From Methanobacteriota archaeon (GTDB lineage: Archaea; Thermoplasmatota; Poseidoniia; Poseidoniales; Poseidoniaceae): a DNA stretch of 64,000 bases. Location: NCBI GenBank assembly GCA_038141355.1, contig JAYQHX010000002.1, forward strand, positions 1,214,478 to 1,278,477, in the 5' to 3' direction. The position numbers and the translations under genes are program-made. Positions 8,321 to 18,124 of the stretch are shown here, piece after piece. Below the pieces are notes generated by a model, which ran no database searches, had not been told where the DNA came from, and was given only the letters and a program-made list of their open reading frames with translations. Every line of letters starts with the position of its first letter. Position 1 is the stretch's first letter.

Positions 8321-10849
8321 ATGATTAGCCGGAAGAGTGCTGTTTTTGCATTGATTATTCCGATGTTAATACCACTCATAACAACTGGAATTAGTATTGT
8401 AGAAGGTCCAGATTATCCACAAAAGATTTCAATCCAACCTCCTGAAGACCATGATAGAATTTCTGATGGAATTTTGATAATTGTTCTAGATGGGCTACCT
8501 GCATATGTGATGGATAATCCGGACTATATGCCAAGTCTAGCAACTTGGCAAACTTTTGGTGCAAAAGCGAATGTATCAACGAGTGAGATTACCCTTACCG
8601 GACCTTGTGTAAAAGAAATGTCAACAGGAATCCATGCCTCACCGATTGATGCAATGAGAAATTGGGCTATCGAATATGAAGGTAAGGATGACCCATTCCA
8701 CTATGCTCTTGATGCAAATATGAGCGTAGCATTTACTGGTTTTTATGTATGGGCGAATCTTTTTACCGATGATAGATTTATTCACGAAACGATATATGAT
8801 TCAGGATTTAGTGACATATATGTCGCAGATGATAAAATTATCAAAAATGTTGAGAAATGGATAGAATCTGAAGAACATGATTTGATGGTCGCACACTTAG
8901 GTGGAACAGATCATGCAGGTCATATGTTTGGAACTGAAAGTGAAAAATACCGACAGAAAATGCTTCATCTTGATAATCAACTAAACAACATAAGGCAAAC
9001 AATTCCAAGTGATTGGACATTGATAATCACCGCAGACCATGGTATGTCTGAATCTGGTGGCCACGCAATCAGCACTGGTAGTTTAGCAATGAATGTAAAC
9101 ATGTTAATGTATGGCGCAGGTGTCAAATCAGGTTCCTACGAAGAAATCAATCAGAGGGATATTGCATCAATTCCACTGACTCTGTTTGACCTACCATTTC
9201 CGATATCTGCTGATTCTAGAATTCCTTTACAATTATTTGATTTTAGTGAAGAGCAACTAGATTACCTTGAAGAATGGAATTGGGAGACTCAAATCGCTAG
9301 GCAACAATGGCTCGAACAAAATGACTATCCTTATGCCGAAATATCTTCAGATATTATTGAGTGGGACAAACTTCCAACTCTAACACAATTTCCAACATTG
9401 CTAGATATTATTGCTTCCTTTTTCCCCATGATTGGTGTTGGTTATTTAGCATATCACAACAAGAAAAAGAAACCTCTGATGGAGAAAAACGCTCTACCGA
9501 TTTTAGGTTTGAGTTTAGGTTACTGTGCTTTCATCTGGGCACATTACATTTGGTTTTACGAAATAGATTTACACATTTGGACAACCATCTGGGTCAGAAA
9601 AACAATCGGCATTCTCAGTGTTATGTTGGTCGCAGGGTTAGCATTTTACTCTGTTTTTATTCATTCAAAGAAAGATAATTTCAAAATGCCAGAAGTCCCA
9701 ACCTGGACCCCATTTGTTCTCATGGCTGCAGTTTTATGGCAACCAGATAGTAGGTTATCGCCAGCACTGATTGTTTTTTGTTTATCTTTGATTATTTACT
9801 TAAGACGACAAAAAACCAATCAAAAAAATAGAATAAATTCTTATGTTTTCATGTTGATTATACTACTACCACTTTGGACAATTGTGAATTATTACATTGG
9901 ATTAATTCTGAACATAAAGTTGTATGAGTTAACAGGCATAGATTTCTTTTACAAATTTTGGCAACAAATAATATCAACATTCACGACTGAAAACTTGATA
10001 CCTGCGTTTATTTTATCGACAATTTGTGCCTACATTGGAGATAAAATATTGTTCAAAGAGAGTAATCTTCAATGGTTAAAATTAGCTACTCCAATGTATA
10101 TTGTAATATTTCTCCATTCATTAGCAAATTCATGGTATGATAGAATCATCATTGCCTTTATTTTGTTTAGCATCGTTCAAATGGTAATGGTTAGAATTAA
10201 TCACCCAATGGCATACAAATCTCCATTTAGAGCTAAATGGAGTGAGATTTTTTGTTTGAGCATCATCATTCCTACTTGGGGCGTATGGCCAGCGACAATA
10301 ACCTTCCTTTTGGTTAGAAGCATTCCAATATTCGTTGAAGAAAATCTAACTTGGTTGAATGAAAGGAATGAAAATATGTTATTAGAGTCTTGCAGAAAAG
10401 TAGTATTAGCCTTAATTCCTTGGATGTTGCTATGCATCATATGGACTCATTATTCATTACTTACACCAATGGGATTAATCGAATTTAATCCGAGTAAAAT
10501 AATCGTTACAGGTGGATTTTTCGGAGCAAGGACCGACCCGCCGATAATTTGGATGGTTATGATGGTGTCATTACCTCTTGCAATATCTTGTATTCTAGCA
10601 GTAAACACTTGGTCAAAATCTGGATTTGATCTATTTCCTTCAATTATTCTAACCCTATTCATGATAGCCTCGAATGTTTCAATTATGTGGATGGTTTTGT
10701 TTAGGACTCAAGTTTTGCTAATTATTGGATTTTCAACAATAGTATACTTATTCTGGCTAATGTGTTTGGTATTAGGCCAGACCACAATGACAGCAATATT
10801 GAACGGAGAAGGAGAAGATTCCTTGCTACACGCTGAATTGAAGAATTAA
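8321..10849 (+). CDS. Alkaline-phosphatase-superfamily membrane enzyme resembling GPI ethanolamine-phosphate transferases (PIG-G/O/N architecture)
   Basis: N-terminal TM; AlkP core motifs IVLDG, TLTGP (nucleophile Thr), HLGGTDHAGH, ITADHGM; then a long multi-TM C-terminal region. Confidence 0.75.
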   Translation: MISRKSAVFALIIPMLIPLITTGISIVEGPDYPQKISIQPPEDHDRISDGILIIVLDGLPAYVMDNPDYMPSLATWQTFGAKANVSTSEITLTGPCVKEMSTGIHASPIDAMRNWAIEYEGKDDPFHYALDANMSVAFTGFYVWANLFTDDRFIHETIYDSGFSDIYVADDKIIKNVEKWIESEEHDLMVAHLGGTDHAGHMFGTESEKYRQKMLHLDNQLNNIRQTIPSDWTLIITADHGMSESGGHAISTGSLAMNVNMLMYGAGVKSGSYEEINQRDIASIPLTLFDLPFPISADSRIPLQLFDFSEEQLDYLEEWNWETQIARQQWLEQNDYPYAEISSDIIEWDKLPTLTQFPTLLDIIASFFPMIGVGYLAYHNKKKKPLMEKNALPILGLSLGYCAFIWAHYIWFYEIDLHIWTTIWVRKTIGILSVMLVAGLAFYSVFIHSKKDNFKMPEVPTWTPFVLMAAVLWQPDSRLSPALIVFCLSLIIYLRRQKTNQKNRINSYVFMLIILLPLWTIVNYYIGLILNIKLYELTGIDFFYKFWQQIISTFTTENLIPAFILSTICAYIGDKILFKESNLQWLKLATPMYIVIFLHSLANSWYDRIIIAFILFSIVQMVMVRINHPMAYKSPFRAKWSEIFCLSIIIPTWGVWPATITFLLVRSIPIFVEENLTWLNERNENMLLESCRKVVLALIPWMLLCIIWTHYSLLTPMGLIEFNPSKIIVTGGFFGARTDPPIIWMVMMVSLPLAISCILAVNTWSKSGFDLFPSIILTLFMIASNVSIMWMVLFRTQVLLIIGFSTIVYLFWLMCLVLGQTTMTAILNGEGEDSLLHAELKN

Positions 10850-10866
10850 GAGGAAGTGCAAGGCTT

Positions 10867-12327
10867 ATGGCGGAGTTAACCAATCCCGAAAAGAGGATGC
10901 TTCGCATCTTGAAAGATAGAGAAGGGGATTGGACACTAGAGGAAGTATTGAGCGCATGTGATTGGGATGACCAAGCAATTGCTGTATCTGCCGGGCATGG
11001 TTTGTCTAACCACGGCTTTGTAAAAATCACCGAATCTAGTAAAACAGATGTAATTCTTGGAAGCGAGGGTGAAAAAGCAGTAAAAGATGGGCTTCTTGAA
11101 GAAAGGTTGTGGAACTACATCAAAGAAAATAAATCAGCTACTATGGCTGATTTGTCATCGAATTTTGAACGCCATGAAGCAGGCCCTGGTATCGGCCTTC
11201 TCAAAGGTCTTGGAGTTTCATTGGAAGGAGGGAAATTTTCCTGCAATAGCCCTGAACAAGTCACCAAGAAAATCGCTGAAAGAACTGATTTTATTAATTC
11301 ACCAACGATAGATAGCCCTCTTATTGACCATTTCAAAGGCCGGAAAAATTTGATCGAAATTGTGGAGGTTATTACGAGAACTTGGACGATAACTGAAAGT
11401 GGTAAAGTCGTATCAGATTCCGATTTAGAGGAAGTTGTAAAAATTTCTGAAATCACACCCGAATTACTTCAAGGAGACAGTTGGAAGGATGCAGAATTTA
11501 GACCATATGATGTAAGCCTTGAAGCATCAATTCCTCGTTCAGGTAAAAGTCACCCTATGCAAGCCTTGATTGAGCGAATTCGTTCAATCTTCTTAGAAAT
11601 GGGATTCTCGGAAATTGTAGAAGATTACGTACAAACAGCGGGCTGGAACATGGATGCTCTCTTTATTCCCCAAGACCACCCTGCAAGGGAAATGCAAGAT
11701 ACATTTTATCTCGATGAACCAAAGTCAATACCATTGGACGAATCTTTGTTGAAAAGTTGGAAAGATATTCACGAACATGGCGGAGATACAGAATCAACTG
11801 GTTGGGGTGGAACTTTCAGTGAAGAAATTTCGCAAAAGGGACTACTTAGGACACACACTACAGTGAATACAATCCAATATCTAGCAGAAAACCCAACAGA
11901 ACCATGTAGAGTATTTGCTATCGATAGAGTGTTCAGAAAAGAAAGCATAGACAGAACTCATCTTCCCGAATTCCATCAAATTGAAGGAATTATCATGGAA
12001 CCTGGTGCTAATTTGGGAATGCTGGTAAGTACCCTCAAAACATTTTACCAAAAAATGGGCTATCCCGAGGTTAGAGTTAGGCCTGCTTATTTCCCATACA
12101 CCGAACCATCCTTAGAAGTCGAGGTAAAATGGCGTGGCAAATGGTTGGAGTTAGGCGGTGCAGGAATTTTTAGGCCAGAAGTCACAGAACCATTGGGAAT
12201 CAAGGATCCTGTATGCGCTTGGGGAATGGGTCTTGAGCGTCTTGCTATGCTGGTCTTGGACCTTGATGATATCAGACAATTGTATATCTCGGATTTAGAA
12301 TGGTTGAGAAATCAACCTATACTTTGA
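10867..12327 (+). CDS. pheS: Phenylalanine--tRNA ligase alpha subunit (archaeal type)
   Basis: PQDHPAREMQDTFY, LLRTHTT, FRKESIDRTHLPEFHQIEG, YFPYTEPSLE, WGMGLERLAM. Confidence 0.97.
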   Translation: MAELTNPEKRMLRILKDREGDWTLEEVLSACDWDDQAIAVSAGHGLSNHGFVKITESSKTDVILGSEGEKAVKDGLLEERLWNYIKENKSATMADLSSNFERHEAGPGIGLLKGLGVSLEGGKFSCNSPEQVTKKIAERTDFINSPTIDSPLIDHFKGRKNLIEIVEVITRTWTITESGKVVSDSDLEEVVKISEITPELLQGDSWKDAEFRPYDVSLEASIPRSGKSHPMQALIERIRSIFLEMGFSEIVEDYVQTAGWNMDALFIPQDHPAREMQDTFYLDEPKSIPLDESLLKSWKDIHEHGGDTESTGWGGTFSEEISQKGLLRTHTTVNTIQYLAENPTEPCRVFAIDRVFRKESIDRTHLPEFHQIEGIIMEPGANLGMLVSTLKTFYQKMGYPEVRVRPAYFPYTEPSLEVEVKWRGKWLELGGAGIFRPEVTEPLGIKDPVCAWGMGLERLAMLVLDLDDIRQLYISDLEWLRNQPIL

Positions 12328-12374
12328 AGAAATATATACTCAAAACTAATATCCTTCCATATTAAGCCACATCC

Positions 12375-12695
12375 ATGCAAATGATGGTTTCGAACACAGA
12401 AACAATTCCTGGGGCAAAAATTACCCAACATATTGGCATCGTTACTGGTTCTACAGTTAGAGCAAAACATATTGGAAAAGATATACTTGCAGGATTCAAA
12501 AATATTGTCGGAGGCGAAATAAAAGCGTACACAGAATTGCTTAATGAAGCAAGAAATGAAGCCTTGCAACGCATGTTGACATCTGCAAATGCAATGGGTG
12601 CTAATGCTGTTGTTAATGTCAGGTTTGCGACAAGCAGTGTATCGGGTGGCGCAGCAGAATTGTTCGCCTATGGAACCGCTGTTAAGGTAGAATAG
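12375..12695 (+). CDS. YbjQ family (UPF0145) protein
   Basis: GSTVRAKHIGKDILAGFKNIVGGE...ARNEALQRM...GANAVVNVRF. Confidence 0.92.
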   Translation: MQMMVSNTETIPGAKITQHIGIVTGSTVRAKHIGKDILAGFKNIVGGEIKAYTELLNEARNEALQRMLTSANAMGANAVVNVRFATSSVSGGAAELFAYGTAVKVE

Positions 12696-12703
12696 GTGAT
12701 TAA

Positions 12704-13213
12704 TTGGAAGAACTAATTTTCACTATTTTGATTATCTTTTTTTACGTTTTTTTAGTTGGCCTCTCCGTATTTAGCAGTGTTGCATTTTTGTATTCAATAT
12801 TTTTCACAAATATGCATCAAAATAGAGGTATAATAAAACTGCAACAAAGGACTGAACTTTTCATAAAATCAATGGAACATGATATGCTCTCAACAACTCA
12901 AAAACCACAGAGAATCGACAATGTGGAAGATTCTGGATTAATTATGGTCAATGTAACTATGGGTGCATCTTGGGCACAAGTATTCTTTGCAGGATTCAAG
13001 TCATTGATTGGAGGTAGAATCGATTCTTACAAAAAGGTGCTAACCCATGGAAGAAATGAAGCATTACAGAGACTAAGGGAACAGGCGATTGCACAAGGTT
13101 GGTCAGAAGTAATCAATGTTCGAATTGAAACCTCTAACATTATGGCAAATGTCGACAAAGGTAAGCGTGGAGGATTCTTTGAAGTTATTGCTTACGGCAC
13201 AGGAGTTAAGTGA
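12704..13213 (+). CDS. YbjQ family protein with N-terminal TM anchor
   Basis: TTG start with AGGTGA SD-like site upstream; FAGFKSLIGG...GRNEALQRL...VINVRIET...VIAYGT. Confidence 0.85.
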   Translation: MEELIFTILIIFFYVFLVGLSVFSSVAFLYSIFFTNMHQNRGIIKLQQRTELFIKSMEHDMLSTTQKPQRIDNVEDSGLIMVNVTMGASWAQVFFAGFKSLIGGRIDSYKKVLTHGRNEALQRLREQAIAQGWSEVINVRIETSNIMANVDKGKRGGFFEVIAYGTGVK

Positions 13214-13216
13214 AAC

Positions 13217-14655
13217 ATGCGAAGAACTCGAGTAATTGCAACCATTGGGCCTTCATCTTGGGATTTGCAAAGCCTATCTAATTTATTCAATGCTGGAACC
13301 GATGTTTTCCGATTGAATTATTCTCATGGAGAACCCGAGGATAAGACTGAATTATACGAAAGAATAAGGTCATTAGAAACCGATTCGAAACGTACGTGTA
13401 TTCTCGCAGATCTTCCCGGCCCCAAACTTCGATTAGGAGAATTTGAAGGAGTTAGAATCTTAGAAGAGGGCGCCTCAATTAACCTACTATGTGGCAAGTT
13501 GTCACACACAGGAGACGAATTACCAGTCGAATATGGAGGCCTATCCGCTGAACTAAAGACCGGAGATTCCATTCTAATTGCAGATGGTTTAATTCGATTA
13601 CTTGTAAAGAATACACCAGGGAAGACAAACTCAGTTATCGAATGTGTAGTCGAAGACGGGGGTCCGGTCAGCAGTAGAAAAGGAATCAATGTTCCTTCCA
13701 CAAATATCAATTTACCAGCGATAGGAGAAAAGACGAGAAAGCATTAGCTCATGCTTTGGATAATGGTGCAGATTGGGTTGCTGTATCCTATGTTAGGACA
13801 GCAGAGGACCTAAGGCCAGCCAGAGAGGCAATCAAGAAAGCAGGTAAACATACTCCGATTATTGCAAAAATCGAGCACCCTGTTGCCTTATCGAACTTAC
13901 AATCTATTCTTGATGAAGCAGATGCAGTTATGGTTGCAAGAGGAGACCTCGGAGTAGAGATACCACTTGAACAAGTACCATTAGCGCAACAACGGATAAT
14001 AGAATCCGGATTGATGAGAGGAATGGTAGTAATTATTGCCACACAAATGCTTGAAACTATGACGGAAAATCTACGCCCCACCAGAGCAGAAGTAAGCGAT
14101 GTATCAAACGCTATCAGATATGGTGGAACCGCTGTAATGCTTTCGGGTGAAACCGCATCAGGAAAATATCCCTTGAAAGCAGTTGAAACTATGGTAAAAA
14201 TAGTCGATGCTACTGAGCAAGGACTTATTTCATCAGGGGCAAAGCCGGGTGCGCTTTCAAAATTCAGATCGACAAGAGCGGTAGCTCACGCAGGAGTTGA
14301 ACTTGCACGATTATCAGGTGCAAACCACATTTTAGTCGCTTCTAAACATGGAAATGCACCGAGATTTGTATCTGGATATAGGCCAGATATTCCTGTAATC
14401 GCTGTCACAGACAGAATTCGAACTGCAAGAAGAATAAATCTACTACCCGGAGTAAGTTCCGTTTTCGTAGAAGAAAATGAAAGAGGTTCAAAGACAATGC
14501 AAAACGCAATACAAATTCTTGCCGAAAAAGGTGACATAAAGCCTGGTCAAAGGATTGTTGCGATTTCTGGCTCACCTCAGGCAATAAGCGGAGCCACTAG
14601 TACCGTCAGATTGTATAAATTGCAATCAGATGGAACGATTTCGGGCACAGAGTAA
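13217..14655 (+). CDS. pyk: Pyruvate kinase (one -1 indel at ~13727-13730; ~479 aa joined)
   Basis: RTRVIATIGPSS, RLNYSHG, DLPGPKLR, SRKGINVP in the first frame; IIAKIE, MVARGDLGVE, ATQMLE, PTRAEVSD, MLSGETA in the second. Junction GAAAAGAC needs one more A. Confidence 0.95.
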
Positions 14656-14680
14656 GACATTCGCTTCAATTAAAGCGCAA

Positions 14681-14688
14681 GGTTCAAT
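14681..14688 (+). promoter_or_regulatory. Candidate core promoter element GGTTCAAT
   Basis: 31 nt upstream of ATG 14712; the same motif and spacing occur before several other genes. Confidence 0.5.
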
Positions 14689-14711
14689 TCTATCCACTAT
14701 TCACGCCAACC

Positions 14712-17700
14712 ATGAATCTAAAGCCATTGAACCTAAGTGCCATCGGCATCGGCTTTGTACTAATCATCCTAAATCTAGCAGCAATTGGGCCTCTTGCCAC
14801 TGGCGCAGTACCCGATGCAGTGAAGGATGCCGTCGCTACAAAAGTCAAAGATGACATTTGTGAAGACGTGCTATGTCTAACCGTCACTGATGACTGGGCA
14901 GAATCAACCAGTCAGAGGGATTTCTATGCGTGGTCAATACTCAACGTTGATGATGTTGAAAATAACGGTAGCGCTCCAATTTACGAAGAGATCGGTCCGA
15001 TTACGTATGATGTAACTCTAAAGAGAGCGGTAGAAGAGTATGACATCAAAAATGGTTTATTGACCTACAGTCAAATAACATCTTACGAATGTTCAGCAGA
15101 TACTTTAGTCGCCTGTGATACAGAAGTAAGCCAACTAAACATTGCGTTTAACCCGCAAGTAGTGGGTGCAACTGGAACCGCTATCAATGCTGTAATGGAT
15201 ATCACAAAAGTTGGATTCGTTTCTGGAGTGATAGACATACACTTCCAACAAGTATCTGCAGCATATGGTGTAGCCGAAGAAATCAGAGAAGAGCACATGG
15301 CTATCTTGACCACGGTTGAAGGACCTGGTTCGATTTACATTATTGATACCCTTTTACACAATACCGCTGAATCTTTCTTTTTGGATGGAGTCTTTTCAGC
15401 ATTCGATGAAGCATATGGTGACGCATTCCTAGACGACCCCAATGTCACATACTTGAGTTCCGGAGGCGTTGAACCACAGTGGATTTCTGGTACGTGGAAT
15501 GATGACGGAGATGGTGAAATAGAATATGACGAAGAATGGCGCGACCCTGAAACTGGAACTCTTTACGGAGATGAAGATGGAAATGGTATTATCGAAGGTA
15601 ATGAAACGTTGGAAGGAGACATTAACGGAAACGGAATAGAAGATAATGAATCTAGTTCTTTCGTCTCTGACATTGACCTTGAGCATATGTTCTATCATGC
15701 AGTTGGACCGGGTGGGGAAGACCTCGCCTTCATCAATTACATGGGACCACTTGTTTATGCTGCTATGGGAGAGCCAAATACTCTAGAAGAAATTGAAAAC
15801 AACCCGGAAGATTCGATTACTCTGCAGCGAGCTGAAATTTGGGGCTTCGCACATCCAACTGATATTGAAATCACACTCGCAAGAGATTGGACTCTGTACG
15901 GTGGAATGGGTAGTTTGATGATAGATTATGGCGCAGCGGCTGATGATTATTTGACTAATGAATCTGAAGATGCAGTTCAACTCTCAACTAGAATGGAAGC
16001 GCTCCTTGGAATAGAAATTAGCAATGAGGCTGCCAGAGCGGTACTAGGTTTGGGAGATGGAACAGATGAGCCATTGGGAATCGTTGCGGTAAGTGAGTCT
16101 GGAACTTCATTCGGACTAGATGCGTATGTTTCAATGTCAAGGGATGAAGCAATGAGCACCTATGGAATAACTTCAAGCCAACACGATGTAATCAAAGGAT
16201 TCGCATTAGGATGGCTTACCAACCAAGAGGCACTACCGCTAATCTTAGTAGGTGGAGAAGGGACAATAACCGCATCTGAGTTTGTTAATCAGTCATTTGG
16301 AGCAATCAATCCAATAGATGACACCTACATGGAGTACTCTCTAAATGCTGGTGGCATGTGGGGTTCTGGAATTCTTGGATTCCCTTCTGCGCCAGCAGTT
16401 AACCTAAGTCAAGCCCAAAGTGCAAATATGTTATACGGACCGTATGGCCTAACCACTACAAATGGATCTTCGATGTTCCTTTACGGAGAATTGAGTGGTA
16501 AAACCCTGCCAATAAACTACACAACTGGCGAGTTAGCACCAGCACAAGAATGGAATGATGAAGCGGTAGCCGCGATTTACGGAATTGATGTAAATGCTGC
16601 AGCTGCTGCACGTTTACTCATGATGGAGGTTGTATTCAGCAACTTCGTACCTGAATTCTTAATCGATTCTTTTGGAACATCGAAATACCTTACTCAGCCT
16701 GTTAATAACTGGCTTCTTGGTTGGCATGACCCTGTCAATGCGTATTTAGCGACTGGAGATTCTTCTGACATGACAGCAGGATGGACTAGTCTTGAATCAA
16801 ATGAAACATATTTCGGGTCCGCAGCCTATGTGGAAGGCGGAATTTCGACAGGTGACCCTGCTATCATAACAATGTGTACAGGTGAGGCAGAAGGTTGCGA
16901 TAAGGGAGAGACTGTGAAAGTTGGGGACAGCGATTACATTAGTTGGAGGACCGAAGAAAAAGAAATTGCTACTTTCGGATTAATAACTGCGGAACTTCAA
17001 GGCGAAACCGTTGGCCCATTCATTACTGGAGAAGGGGATTTAGTTGACCTATCCGGCTATGGAATAGTAGACCTAAACTGCGATTCAAAGGGTGAATTAA
17101 AGGAAGTTCCAGTAGATATATGTAAAGCAAAAATGGACCCCTAGATAGGCCGATACAAGCGAAATTAATCAACAATGGAGACTTGTTAGATGCAATACCT
17201 GGCGCATTACCAGTCTACTTTGGCAGTGATGTTACGATAAAAGCCGAACAAATTAGCAAGGTAATTATTGGAGGAGAATCCGAATCTATATTCTATCTAG
17301 ACACAAGGCCAACTACCGAGCAACAAGATGCCCCTACAATGGACAACTTGCAAGAAGTATTCATGATCAAAACTTCAGGGGAGTTAGATGATGAAACAGC
17401 CGATGCGCTAGTTTCTAATATCGTGGTAAATCAAGACCCTGTGATGTATTTTTCGAATTTCGACCACTGGATTGATTGGGTGACCCTTGTATTCTGGATT
17501 ATGGGAATTGCTGGAATTGCCTTAGGAGCGTTCTTAGCATTCAAACCAGAATCAGAATTTGACGGGATAAATCTCGCAGATGAGATGTCTGCAACTGATT
17601 CGATAGAATCTTCAGGTGATACTACTGTCAACATCACAAATATCTCAATCAATGATTCTGTTGTCATTGACTCTGTTATTGGTAGTTCAGATGAAGAGTC

Positions 17701-17719
17701 CCCGAAAGATGAAGAATGA
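14712..17719 (+). CDS. CD36/scavenger receptor class B-like protein with a large insertion (one -1 indel at ~17137-17140; ~1002 aa joined)
   Basis: N- and C-terminal TMs; collinear CD36-like blocks W..FYAWSILN..APIYEEIGPITY..NG, QLNI, YLTQPVNNWLLGWHDP, MCTGE..W, LQGE..GPF, and VFMIKTSGELDDETA before the last TM. Joining ORFs 14712..17144 and 17183..17719 needs one more C in GACCCCTAG. Confidence 0.72.
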
Positions 17720-17761
17720 AATCATACATAATTTCAAGTAGAATTTTATTGACAACATCTC

Positions 17762-18124
17762 ATGGGCGCTCAAAAGAATGTGTTAGGACAGGACATCGGC
17801 GAATGCTCTTGTAAACCACTTACGGGATGGTATCGAGACGGTCATTGCAATACAGATGATAGTGACCGTGGTTCTCACACTGTATGCTGCATTGTGACAG
17901 AAGAATTTCTCGATTTTGCTAGAATGCGAGGCAACGATTTGATTACACCTGCCCCACACTTCAATTTCCCTGGATTAAAGCCCGGAGATTCATGGTGTGT
18001 TTGCGCTAGAACATGGCTTGATGCACTCAATAACGGAGTTGCATGCCCTGTTGATTTAGAAGCGACCAACGAGAAGGCTCTCGATATAATTCCTCTAGAA
18101 TTGCTTGAAGAAAGAGCTGTGTAA
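17762..18124 (+). CDS. DUF2237 family protein
   Basis: NVLG..C..KPLTGWYRDGHC, GSHTVC, GNDLITP, FPGLKPGDSWCVCA..W. Confidence 0.9.
   Translation: MGAQKNVLGQDIGECSCKPLTGWYRDGHCNTDDSDRGSHTVCCIVTEEFLDFARMRGNDLITPAPHFNFPGLKPGDSWCVCARTWLDALNNGVACPVDLEATNEKALDIIPLELLEERAV

Noticed and set aside
8172-10860. Integrative element at tRNA-Thr (AT-rich gene downstream)
   Set aside because: No duplicated tRNA 3' end and no integrase found by eye; AT richness fits a hydrophobic multi-TM coding region.
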